Positions 13,117-25,669 of a stretch of 64,000 bases of DNA are shown in pieces. The translations under genes were made by a program, and so were the position numbers. Where the stretch lies: the NCBI GenBank assembly GCA_050084515.1, contig CM114271.1, positions 5,022,001 to 5,086,000 of the forward strand, given 5' to 3'. Below the pieces are notes generated by a model. It saw nothing but the letters and a program-made list of their open reading frames with translations, was not told the DNA's origin and ran no database searches. This DNA is from Blasia pusilla (Eukaryota). Positions within the stretch are counted from its first letter, which is position 1. Each line of letters begins with the position of its first letter.

Positions 13117-13752
13117 AACCTAACCAAATATCCTAATTAGAGGCTTGGATTACTCACAAGACAAGGAGGATCATAGTTGCCATGCCTCATTGAAGGAGGT
13201 TCAATATGAGAGAATGAGATCCCAAATTCTCTCCTTAATTATATCCCTTCCCTCTCCCCAACTTTCTCCTTAGGGACTTGTGCATGCAAGCCACCTTATC
13301 AAACCTAACCTATGATGTATAGTAGATCAAGGTCTATTTTCCCTAATTGGAAATCTAACTATATTGAAAATATGAAACTTACCCAAAATGGTAAGTTTCT
13401 CAATATAGCTTCAAACGAGCCTAGAATAGGAAATAACATGAAAATTTAATCGCAATAATCCTCAATTCATCATCCTAGATCTATTGAGTTTGAATGTTGA
13501 TATTTGATTGATCTAATCTCATCAAATACTTCATACACATATTGGTCATTCTAGTACAATAGACGTGATAGTTTTTGTGTGTATACACATTGCTACATAA
13601 CATACATTGGTGTAACCAATGTATGTTACATCGATATATAAACATTAGACATCATACTCACTCATGATATCTGCACATATATAAAATTTTGTACCAAAAA
13701 ATCTCCAATTTCCTCTCTAGCTACTCCTTGGGTTCCTTAGATTCAAGATAGT

Positions 13753-14530
13753 CAAGATTGCACGGAGATATGCATGCCGCTTGCCGCTTAGGTGCTAGCG
13801 ACCTGCATTTGAGCCCACCCTTGAGCCTAATGAGCCCGTTGTGTAGACTCGAGAGGGCCGAGCCCACACCCATTGTGTGGCCCATGTAGAGCTTGCAACA
13901 ACGTACGCTCTGTTGGATTCTCTACATCCACTTCTCTAAGCACCATAAATTTGACCGACCCCCTTGTATGAGGAGAAGCCTAGATTGATGGTTCCGACTT
14001 AGACGTCGAAGGAGTCATAGTAATATGACATGGTAATTTATGGAGTAGCATTACTAGGATTAGATAATCATATTTTTCTTATTTGCTATTAATAGAAATG
14101 AAGAAAAATAGGTAAAAAAACCCTAGTTTCCCAAGTAGTGAAATAGTAGAGCCGCAGCGATAGCGCATTCTTGTATGTCGAGTTATCTCCATGTGCAGGT
14201 TCCATCGAAGCTCTTCTGTGAGTGCACGGACAGACTAGGCCACTTTGTATCTCCAAGTTTTTGTAAAGATTTCACTGATTTCGTCACTTTATGTTTTCTC
14301 ACACGCTCAAGCACGGGCTCTGTGCAAGCTCTGTCGCGGCCTGGCCGTATGCTCCACGTGGGCCACAAAACGGGTGCGAGCTCAGCCCTCTTGGATCTGC
14401 GCAATGGCCTCGGCTTCATGGACGGGCTTGGATGTGGGCAGCATGAACCTGGGCCTACACATACATATTTGTCCTTAGGACAGACATAGACGTCGTCCGT
14501 GAACACGGACTTTGTCCGAATGCAACCTTG
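13753..14530. mobile_element. Non-autonomous hAT-like element (about 780 bp) sharing termini with the MITE family
   Basis: Termini are CAAGATTGCA...TGCAACCTTG. Flanks AAGATAGT/AAGATATC form a degenerate 8-bp TSD. Subterminal inverted motifs GTGTGGCCCATGTAGAGC and GCTCCACGTGGGCCACA are present. Confidence 0.65.
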
Positions 14531-14605
14531 AAGATATCCATCTATCTCTATCTACCATAACATTCATTACTATGATGCTAAAAGAGGTCTATGCACCTTT
14601 GTGCC

Positions 14606-14903
14606 CGTAGTTTTACAAAAATGGACAAGTGTGGATATCTCCACGGACGTGGATTGCAAGAGATGGGACCCATACTTATAGTTCATAATGGAATGCAAGG
14701 CAAGGGAAAATGGGGCAATAAGGGGGAAGGGAGTGGAGTTGGAGGGAGGAAGAAACAAGAGAGTGTGGAATGCGAAAGCAAGTAGGGAGAATGAAAAATA
14801 AGGGGAAGGTAGGGCTCCCATTGAAAAGCCTTCCACAAGATGGATATAAGTCCACGGATATGGACATGTCCGCGGACACAAACTTTATCCACATGCAACC
14901 TTA
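14606..14903 (+). mobile_element. hAT-type MITE, full-length copy
   Basis: Colinear with 62071-62387 and ends TGCAACCTTA. Flanks TTTGTGCC/TATGTGCT match at 6 of 8 positions. Confidence 0.8.
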
Positions 14904-17801
14904 TATGTGCTCTATTGTTAATTTCCTTACTATCATCCATATCACCAATGCAAATCTTGACCTATAATACCTAACCTATGAACCTTTTGGACATATCCAT
15001 CCTCCCCGAGGAATCCTAGTGAAAAGTGATATCATACGTGTTATGTGTCACCCTCTAAAGTATCCATGGTAGTTTAAAATATCGTATAACTCAAATAGAC
15101 CCACACAACACATAATATAAGTCTGCATGTACCACTCCCAAGAGTAGGTGAATTATCTCATCAATGTTAGAAAGATTACATAGCCTATAACTAAGTACAT
15201 GACCCTTCCAAATCATACCATCATGTATATTTGATAACAAAACACTCGATGGTAATACCTCCATAATTCTTAAGATAGCACGTCATGTTACAACATCCAA
15301 TATAAGTGAAAAATAGTTTCTCTGATGAAACCTTTGGATTGCATATTGATTAATCTCCTCCCCAAATAGCTTCATACCTCAACAAGTCTTCATGTTTTGG
15401 AATAGCAAAGTTCATGAATGACATATCTATGAATCTTCAAGCATCTTTGCCTATTGAGAGCATACATGCACCCTCATATCAAGGTTTTCGAAGCTCGACA
15501 CCTCACCAATATCATCACGAATGGCCATAGGTAAATCAAGGCATCTCATGTTCTTGTCCATAGATTAGAAAATAAGGTGAGAAGGATGCCTACATGCTAA
15601 ACCTATATCCCATTACCAACCACGACAACTATAGGCCCCAATCCCTTATGTGTATTCTCAAAGCCATACATACTTGCACAAACCATCTCCACCATCTGGA
15701 AAACTCTATCACATATATTATAGTGTGATGAAAAGTATTTATGAAGTGTATCCAAGAGGTCAAGGACGACTTGTTGAGGACTAGTGTAATTTAGGTATGC
15801 ACGTTGTCCCCTATCTTGAGGAACTTAAAATTTTGGGTAAGTTCCCTATTTTGACTATAGATGGAATTCCAATTAGGGATAGCGGCCCTTGATCACTAAA
15901 TATGTGTTTTCCATGATAAGCATATGCCTTTTAAGTTATTTGCCTTAATCAAATTTGTAACATTTCAAGTGGAATCGAGAATATTTTCTTGTCATCAAGG
16001 TGACAAGGACCGTTGCTACATGATCATACCTCCTCCTTTCAAGTACTTGAATCATCCCACGTCATAGTTTTCAATATGGTTAAACATACAACTTTTCAAA
16101 TCAATTATGTGGAACTTTGCAGTCTAGGTATCTACAATGTTTCTTATCTTTCCACAACAAGCACTGAGTCTAACTTGATCCCAACCTATGCATGTTTCTT
16201 AGCTAATCAACTCGATGATGGGTTTGCCAAGTGCTCTTTCATTTTCCTTTTCTCCTCCAAAATCTTGCTTACATTATATGCGCACGTCTTGTTCTCTAAC
16301 TTTTGATGTGTCAAGAAGCAACCTTTGGATTTTTTTAATTTATATTAACGATCCTTGTTAGTTTGAAATGAGTTATCTCATTTTTTCTCACACGGTTTTT
16401 TAAGGTTATTTATTTATTTATTCTCATAATATTCCCATGTAAAGCATAAACATGAATAATTGTACTCATTTTTCCTAAATAAAAAAAGTAGGACAAGAGA
16501 ATATTAAAAAAAGGGAGGTGAAATCTAAGAAGTTGTAACTCAACCCACCATCACCATATGGAAGAGGAAAAATAAGAGGTAGAGGATTGCGGTGAAGGGT
16601 ATCAAGCAACATAATGCCCAAATTTGACATAAGTGGTTGTGTTGGTGGGTGATGCTAGATTTCCATAAGTCTCTGATCTTAGATAGATATTGCACATAAG
16701 GAATCTAAAATGCTTTCGAGAATTTTATGAGGAAGTTGTTGGTGATAACAAAAAATACCGCTACATCTTTCAACAATGGGGAGAGATATCGTTGGTTGAT
16801 GGCCTCCCATGACGCATTTGCCTTGGGGTGTACCTTTTTGTAGTGGATTAAAGGAGATAATTTTACACGATGGATTGAATCCAACTTTGAGGATGGATTG
16901 GTGATTTGATTCCTCAAGCCAATCATGTAGAGACATCCTGGGCTTTTGGGAGATCAGTCAACCGAACAGGGTCCAAAGTAGACTTCTCCGACACACGAAA
17001 AAGCGTTGATTGGCCTGAGCGATAAAGCAGAGATGTATTAACAAGAGCGCGCAAAATTTCGGAAGTACGTGTACAGTTGTGTAGTTTCAACCGACCCAAT
17101 GACGTGCTACTCGCGACGAATAAGATCTTCAGCAGCACTTGGAGAGTGGTTTTGGACTATATCTTCATCTCTTTCTATTGATACCTGCTTTGATGCGCAC
17201 AATCTAAGCAAACCACGCCGACGATTTGGTGGTCCTCCATTCAAATCTGGGAATAGTCTAACAAGCCCGTGTGAAGATCGAACGACTACTTCAGCCGATG
17301 GGGCTGAAATGTTTGTCAATCGAGCTATAGAGTGGGAACATTGGTTTCATTCCCAAAAGATAAAACCTTTGGTTCAATCTGGTCGATTGTCCAAATATAT
17401 CTTAGAACCTATGAGTAAGAATACTATCCATTTCTTGGAGTGTATAGAAGAATTAGAAGGGATGAATGTTTTGTTGAATTTATTAGATCATATGATATGT
17501 ATACTTTCAATCAAACACAATAACTCAAAGATGCATTCACTTAGGCCACACAAGTTGGGTCTTCAACAAGAAGTGTCCCCTCCCCCCCTTAAAGAGTATT
17601 TATATCTTTTACTTCACTTCTCTTTACTTGGTCACAACAACATAAGCTCCATTTTTCAGTTTTTCAACCCCCTCTATACTGTGATTCCTCCTACATATAC
17701 TATCCTTTTTCCTCATGCTCCTCTTGTTGCAAGTTGGTGGTCATACCCTCTTCCGAGCCTAGGGCATTTTCAAGATATCTTTGCTTTTGCAGCCTTTTCT
17801 T

Positions 17802-18100
17802 TAAGATTTCATATGGACAAAGTCCATGCCTACAAACATGTCCATCTCCGTGGACTCATGTCCATTCTATTGAAGGACTTATCCATGTGAGCCCCACCTT
17901 GCCTTTATGTTCTATGCTTACTTGTTACTTCATCCCCCTAAATCCACTCCTTCCCCTCTTACTACTATGCCTGCCCCCGCACTACCTCCCACGATGAGCA
18001 ATAAGTGTAGGTCCCATCTCTCCCAATCCATGTCTGGGATATGTCCACACTTGTCCATCTGTATTTATCTTAGGGACTTGTCATCTTTTGTGCAACTATG
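17802..18100 (-). mobile_element. hAT-type MITE, full-length diverged copy
   Basis: TAAGATTTCATATGGACAAAG...TTTTGTGCAACTATG; reverse-complement homolog of 62071-62387. Confidence 0.75.
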
Positions 18101-18277
18101 GTCTTCATTGACTCAATAAGATCCTTCCTTTTATCCAATGGTATCAAATGGATCCATACAACAAATGATTGCTCCACATGTTTTTGTAATCATGTAGCCA
18201 CATGAAATATGTAATACTATGCGCCTATTTCCTAGTCTCAATCTGTTACACACATGTTTAGTGTCTCTTGGCACTTA

Positions 18278-18520
18278 AGGATCCGCATATATGTTGTCCA
18301 TTGATACATATGGATGAATTCTCTTTTAATATGTGGGGATCCAATGTCCATTGATATATGTGCATCTGGTATACATTGATACTTGCAAACTTGGTGTGGT
18401 TTAATACATACAGATATGATGTCCTTTGACTTGTGCAGATCCAGTGTCCATTAACACATGCGGATCCAACATCACTCAACATCAACGGATCTGATGTCTT
18501 TCGATACTTATGGATCCTTT
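18278..18520. repeat. Degenerate tandem array of a roughly 23-25 bp unit (GGATCCAATGTCCATTGATACATAT-like)
   Basis: Units such as GTCCATTGATACATATGGAT, GGATCCAATGTCCATTGATA, GATCCAGTGTCCATTAACAC and GATCTGATGTCTTTCGATAC recur. Confidence 0.65.
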
Positions 18521-21500
18521 TAGAGGTTTGATAAAGTCTAACTTATATCCTAACAATGAGTATGAGGTTACATTTAATTGTCGATGGGGTTGGAGGAGTT
18601 ATGTTTTGATACAAGTTCTTGAGACCGAAAATTACCCAATCGATGGGAGATAATTCTCATATGCCGCAAAGGTGTTTGAGGACTAGAGACGCAAAAATGG
18701 AGAAGTAGAACTTCGATCCGGGTTAAGTGAGTTGAAGAGGAAGATGATTGCATGGCATAGGGAGCATGCTGAAATCCTTTCATCCATTGCTATCCTTCTT
18801 GTTTTGAGTACTCTTATGCTTGTTCTCCTCTTTAGAATGGTGGGACTCTCAAGAAGATATTGGAGAGGATGGAGATGATAATGACTAGTGGAATTTGGCA
18901 AGATAATCCTTATTTTGAGCAATGTGAGGCATTTATGATGAGAAGGGCGAGCATTGCTTTCCCCTTTCTTGAGACTCTTGTGCATGCATATTTTCATACC
19001 CATGGTGCTTGGGGATCTCCATTCCCATAACAATTTGTTGTACTTTCCCGATTAGCATTTCAAGATTTTTGTAAATACTCTATCGTATTGAAACTCCATG
19101 TGCATTCATGTAGGATAATATTTGATCATGAGATATAGGAGGGTCTTGGAGGGATATAGTGAGATAAAATGCCTATCCACCAAATATTTATGGATTTTCT
19201 TCTATGGCTCGGAAAGTGGTTTGATGACTTAAATCTTGAAACAATATACTTCTAATTTCAACGTCCTCACTAATCTTAGAACTAAATAACATGATTTTTA
19301 GCTTTAACCTAAACGATACCCTTATCTTAACCTACAACTATGCAAATAAAAAGATTTAGGATTCACCATAATATAATTGTTATAATAACTTCAACTTCAT
19401 AGGTGAGGTTAAATATACTTCCTTACCCCATTACATACAAATTTTAAGATACATGTCAATACATGGATTATTATCCTATTTTATTTCCCTATATTAACAT
19501 GTTTTTATTATAATCATTAATGAAAATATCGACCCAAAATTTTGGGCTGTAGGCGTGGGCATGGGAGCACGGATGTAGAAAGCTTCTTTTTCCTAAGTGC
19601 CAACTTTTTTAACAAGATTGCCTAATTTAGTAATTTCAACCAATGAGATTTAACGATGGATAATTTCCAATTTTTGGTTGTACAATTAGGTAATGGCACA
19701 AAAGTTTTTGGGATCAGTTAAGGAGGGGAGTGTGGACTAGTTTAGTAATAAGTATAGTGAAGGAATTTGAGCATATGATAAAATGTTTTGTTTAACAGAA
19801 ACACTGATAAGAGTTTGTCATTCCTCACTGTAGTGGACAACTTAACGGGCTTTTACTTCATTTAATTGATAAAAAGAAGTCATGGTTTGGAGATAAGAAG
19901 GTTATGGATGATTTCTTAGAAGATGATGGGTTGGATGTGTTTGGCAATATATCCATTGTAAATGTGGTTTGAATTATTTGGCCTCCTAAGGTAGGGTTTG
20001 GTCATAATGCTTTTGCATAAGAACAATTCATATCCTTTCTGAGCCCCCTAGGTAATAGGAAGAGGGATATTGCCATTTGCAATTGGTGTCAAGGCCAATT
20101 CACTTATAATCTTACTTGGTTACAACAATATCTATTTGGACAAAAAATAGAAAGAAGCAATAGACTTTCGAGCTCTATAATGTGAGAGTTCTACAATGCG
20201 GGAGCTTGCTGGTTTTATAGGTTTGGGATTGTATTTCCTATTCATCTATTCATGAGAGTGCTTATGGGAGCAACAACCGCTTGTTTGTGTTGTTTGTTGT
20301 GCAAATTTTGATAAAGGAGAGAGGCACGCGGAAGCTTTGCTCAATTTTGGATAGGATTTGAGAATGAGGACAGAATTTTCCATTCTAGGGCTCTTAGGTA
20401 TATCCTTTAGCTTGTTGGATTTATATTGTATAGCTTTATGATTTTTTGCGGAAGCAGTGCCAATTTTTTTGAAGGAATTTAGGCCTTGGGTTGCATGAAA
20501 ATTGCTACTAATTTCATATGGAATTTTGTATAAAGAAGTTGATTTGACGATATTGTATGTTGAGAAATGGGGAAAAAAATTTAAAAATAATACACCATGT
20601 TGTCTTTTGAGCATGAAGTTGTGGGCAATTTTGCAGGCTACCATGAGTGAAAATTTGAAATTCCTTTAGTAACTCCTTATGTAAGAGGTAGAAAAAGTGA
20701 AAAAATAATTTTATTTAGAGGGCCTTCAAGTCACTATTTCTATTTAAGAGGGAAAGTGAGTGAAAATTAATCTATGGGGTGTTGACCCTAGATTTCAGGA
20801 AGGAGTTATTGAAAAATCTAAGTTGGGGCAATTTTGGGATATTTTGATTTGTAGTTGAGGAGGATATTTTAGTAAAAGTGAAAAAAAGAAGGAGGACGTG
20901 TGCCCTACCGGGCCGTGAGTTGTTGCAACTTGAATTGGGTGGGGTAGGCTTCTTTGATAGGCGGCCCTCTATCGAGAACTGCACCTACAATGGCGTTGTC
21001 GGTGCAACGCTTGTTGAACCCTAACCATACCCTTGTTGTGCACACCTTATGCATCCGTGCTATGTTTTCTCCAGCATGCATGTGTCATCAACTATAATGA
21101 TAGCCGTTTGTGTGTTTATGCTAGATGATAAACCCAGAATCAACACCCTTTATTGCTATGCATAATAAAGGTTGAAGTTTTGGGGGGGAGGGGTGAAGTA
21201 GGAGATTTCTTTAAACAATGTTATGAGTATGGTGGAAACTTTGGAAAGATAGCTAGATGGGTGGGCTCAAATTTGGAGGTTGTGGGATCAAGGCCGAGAT
21301 TTGATACATCTGTGGAATGGTTTCCACAAATTTCTTAGAAACAATTATGCAATTTCAACACTTCGAATTCCCTCCACCGAGGTGATCATTTGAGCATCAA
21401 TAATTGTTGTCACATCTGGGAATATTGTCCTCTACCTCACTTCCACCTATGTTGCATATTACGATCTGATTATAGTCTACATCCTACAAGCATCAGTGTA

Positions 21501-24500
21501 CTTTGATTGGCCTATCGTGGGCTACAATCAGATATCTCGCCCTCCGATTGACTTCTCGAGCTTCCAGGTGATTGTCACCATACACGACCAAGCATATACG
21601 TACCTACGGATTAACCGGCTACTGCCACACAATTGTGGCATTTTGAGTGACGATGTCACTTGCCCTTAAGCCATCTCGTTTAGGACTAGATTGCCACATT
21701 GGTGGGTACACCAAGGCAGCCCTTCACTAGAGGTCCATCTTATTCTTGACGGCTCGCATTCAGCTTATTCGTGCATTCAAAATTACAACGTCATGATTTT
21801 AGATACTGCTTGTTGTCATTTAGATTCTATTGAATACTTCCAATTTCCATTTATTTGCAACTATCAGACTTGATTTGTGATATCTATGACTTTGCAGAGT
21901 CAAAGTCCAAGCTTTAGTATTGAGTATCAATTGTCATTTCGTGCCATCCACTTAATATGGGCAGTGAGATGGCCAATGATGTCTTGATTAATGGATTCTC
22001 AATTTACTTTCTGTATCTCCATGCATGGTGATTGGTAGCCACTCATGACAATAGAGCATCATGCCGTGCCACCCATAGCCCCAACGCACTACCGATTGCT
22101 ACGTTGTGCGGCTTATGGCCGCACCGCACCGTCTTGATCACGGAGCCGCATAAAAAATGAGGAGCAATACATTATTTTCTACTAGAGGAGGGGATGCTGA
22201 TGATTGTTGCATTCCACCATCGAGTGCCGTGATGTTTGTTGTTGTTTAGTACAACCATTGTCACATTTTACTACCGTAACCCCACAACATATCGAGGAGG
22301 TTTGAGCATTGTCAACATTAGAGAGTATGACTTGATGACTTGAAGAATTTATCTTTATGATTGAGTGGGGGTCAAGATTGCACTTAATGAGCATCAACTT
22401 TGACATCATTTTCATGTTACTCATTCTAGTCTATGCCCTACGCATGTGAGGGCTTCTGAGTGTTTTGTAATTGGGATATTGAGGTTTGTATGGATGTTGA
22501 GAGTATCATGGATATATGTGGTTAGGGGATATAGACATGTGTCAGATGTATAGAGTTGTGGGTATGCTAGGTCAATGAGACGATAGACCAATAGCCAATT
22601 TGTCACACCATGATGCTTGTTGCTGCACTTCACACATCTCAATGAGAGGTAGTGTAGATTGAGTGCCACATGTTTTAGTTATGAGTGATTGAGGAATTAC
22701 TCGCGAGATTGAGAGTGATTATGTGAGGGAGAACAAGGGTCATCATGGGATCCCTTAAAGACTTTGAGAGGCAAAGTGGTTTGCCCAAAGGTAACCCTAA
22801 GGATTTTATGCGTAGTGGCGCAAGGTTTTCAAAGTCTCCACGTGAGGGACCGGCTTGAACTTATTTTGTGTCTTCTTTTGATAGAAGAGAGGGCATAAAA
22901 GAATATTATTTAAGTGCATCCCCACACACGTTGAATGATCGTACCATTTGGGCATATGAGATGGACGATTGGCGTAAAGGACAATGTAGGTTTTCAAGAG
23001 TTGTAGATACCATAGAGTTGCATAACTTCGTCGTGGAATTTAGGAGTTGGTGTGAATCCTAGAGGGCTAGGAACTCCAAAGAGTTCTCCCCCTTCACAAC
23101 ATAGAACATGATATTTCAGCACCTAGAGGGGGTATCCATGGACGATTATAATGAGTGTTCCCATAGGTTCACGCCCAAGATTCAGGTTTAGACTCTACAA
23201 TGATCCAAATTACGTGTCATGGATTGATCCATTTACAAATGAGGAGGAGGAGCTAGGGAAGGCTACTTCCTCTTCCAAAAGTGAGAGTTAAGAAGGGGTG
23301 AGTTGGACTAGAGGAGTTATATTGTCGATTCGGGTTTGTCTTGGGTTTAACCATGTGGTTGAATTCTTCATGAAGGTGTGAAGGAACAACTAGGGATGGA
23401 TCGAGAAGTTGCAGAGCATCCACGACCTCCATGGGCAAAATGGAGATTTCTTAGCAGGAATTTACTCATATGTATTTTTTTATTAGTATCACTCAGGAGA
23501 TGATAGAGGCCTTGGCCGTACAAGCATGGTATGGGATGGTTGAACGAGACTTGGGGAAACAGGTGAGGGATTTTATACTCATACTACAAACATCACCTAC
23601 ATTAAGAGATGTCTTTGAGATAGTGGAGTGCATTGAGTGCATCATGGCATAGGAGAGTGTAGCAACCATGAGTTACGCACGAGAGCAGACACGATTTCTT
23701 GCACTACCATTACAACAACCTATACCTTAAGGGAGGAGTGTGATATTGGGAGCTTAGAGAGGTTATCATGAGCATGTGCCACAACAATCTTTGCCATCAT
23801 ACGTGGATCAAGAGTAGCCAAAAATTAGTTATTGGACATGTGATGGAGCCCATCGCCAAGAAGATTCTACTTGTTATTGTAGTGGATGCATGCCCAAGCC
23901 TAGAGGAATGGATGGGGCCCCACCGAGAGTGTGACCATTATAAATGGTATGGTCATAAGAAAGCTAAATTTTTTAATCTTAGGCCTTGAGTTATGTCTAG
24001 ATCAAGGGCCAGATAGGTAGAGCAAGTACAACACTAGATAGGGCACCTGAGTGAGTTGGCGATTTGGATGGGCCCATAGGTCATGCACCAAGTAGTTATG
24101 TAGGAGGACGAGGTAAAGGTCTGCCTCCAAGATACATTGAAGAAGATGCAAGGCTTGAGGGTGTAGGGATAGCTGCCTTCTAGATGCATTGAAGAAAATG
24201 TAAGACATGAGGGTGTAGGGATGGCTGCTTACATAGAGTCGTTGCATCAACATATTGTCGAGATGGCGTTCAGGTTACCTAATGTCAAGTTAATGGCATC
24301 GACCTTATATGCACACATGGAGGTTGCCACTATCCTTATTTATGGAGCAACTGTAGAGTTGGATACACATAGAGGGAAAGTCACGAAACTAACTAGGCTT
24401 CCTCAATTGTTCACTCTATCTGAGGCAATGAGGACCCTATTGATAGGTCTTGATCAATGTTCCTGGAGGTTGGATGTTGGTGGTGTACAAGAAACATGGA

Positions 24501-25669
24501 TGATGGAAGAAGTGAGCATGATAACTCCTATTGTCGATGCTTAGGCGCAGCTTATGGCGAGTATGTTGTTAGGGGCGGCTAGGACTATGTACCGTATCTT
24601 ATGGTTTTCAACTGTTAATGTTAAAACATTGGGAGGTCCGTCCACCGAGGTCTTTCAGTTGACTGCTACACTATACATGTGAGCATGGAGATGGTGTTAC
24701 AACCTTGCGTTTAGAGACAGTTGCAAAGGAGATGGCGGACTTGCCCTTGGAGCCTATGCTCGCGTTGTCCATCTCAGATTCATGGTAGGTTGTGGCTACT
24801 AGGATGGCGGAGATGCTCACTAGACGCGGAATAGAATGTGTCATGGTTTCTCCAAGTATTGTCTTACTGGATGATTGGGGAGAGATATTCCAATTGATTA
24901 GTCTTGGAGATGGAGTGTTTAGTCCGTAACACATCTTATTGGATCTAGGAGCACAACCCCTGATGTTGGGGAAGATGGTGTTTATAAGATTGGGCCTAAT
25001 GAGGGCCGATATGGAGAGTTGACCATTCAAGATACAAAAGTCCTTAGGTGGAGCAAGTACAACACAATTTATCACTCAAGATGAGGTTGTGGTAAGGATT
25101 CAACCAAGACATTGGTCAAATGAGTCCGTGGTGCAATCCAAGCCAATGATAATCAATCTTGAGTCCTATGACGTAATGGTTGATAAAGTAATGTTGTACT
25201 CGATGGGATTTCCCTTGGATAACCGAGAGAAGTGTCCTAAAGACCTAGATAGCAGTAAGATGAAGGATGACTTAGCTTGTTACACATTTGATTCACAATT
25301 GGAGTGATTGAGCGACGACAAGGAGAGGTGGCAACTTGATAGCATTCAGAAGTGCCATCTATTAGCATGAGAATTTGACTGAGGGGCATGTCCATACAAA
25401 GGACACATCCATGATTAACACATTTATGGAGAGGAGTGTTATGATAGATTTATCCTTCTATGGAGGGGAGGTGCCTTTTTGGGGCTTGATTGAGGACCTT
25501 TGACACTAGCTTATCCATTAAGCACGTTCATAATCATTGTAGATGGCGTGGAATAAGACCTTTGCACCACAACCTTTGCACCTTTGGGTTAGAGGAGCAT
25601 CACGTAGTAAGGAGTGCTAAGATATCGCCCTTGGACATCACATTGATTGTATGGCGCATCCCAAAGAAG

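Larger units (their letters stand above)
13046..15720 (-). mobile_element. DNMT/PHD-Gypsy family, copy 3 (integrase C-terminus, PHD finger, PPT, 3' LTR at about 13046-13707), split by two hAT-type insertions
   Basis: Minus strand reads WGL*LPWLVMGY-like integrase sequence, then LILDVVT..ILRIMEVLPS, IWKGHV, YVLCGS and TRIPRGGWICPK (14983-15118). The LTR and PPT (ATCTCCAATTTCCTCTCTAGCT) are homologous to 46198-46820 and 32110-32290. A (CT)n expansion lies at 13066-13108 inside the LTR. Confidence 0.7.

Noticed and set aside
13598-13628. 14-bp-arm palindrome inside an LTR
   Set aside because: It is absent from homologous LTR copies, so it is probably a local template-switch mutation rather than a functional element.
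17069-17890. 273-aa ORF as a gene
   Set aside because: No recognisable domain. It crosses compositional boundaries and ends inside a MITE.
19500-22160. Possible hAT element 5' part (CNWC BED-like motif, CGCACCGCACCG-type subterminal words) and the 5' LTR of Gypsy copy 1
   Set aside because: Too degraded to define termini, a TSD or an LTR pair.
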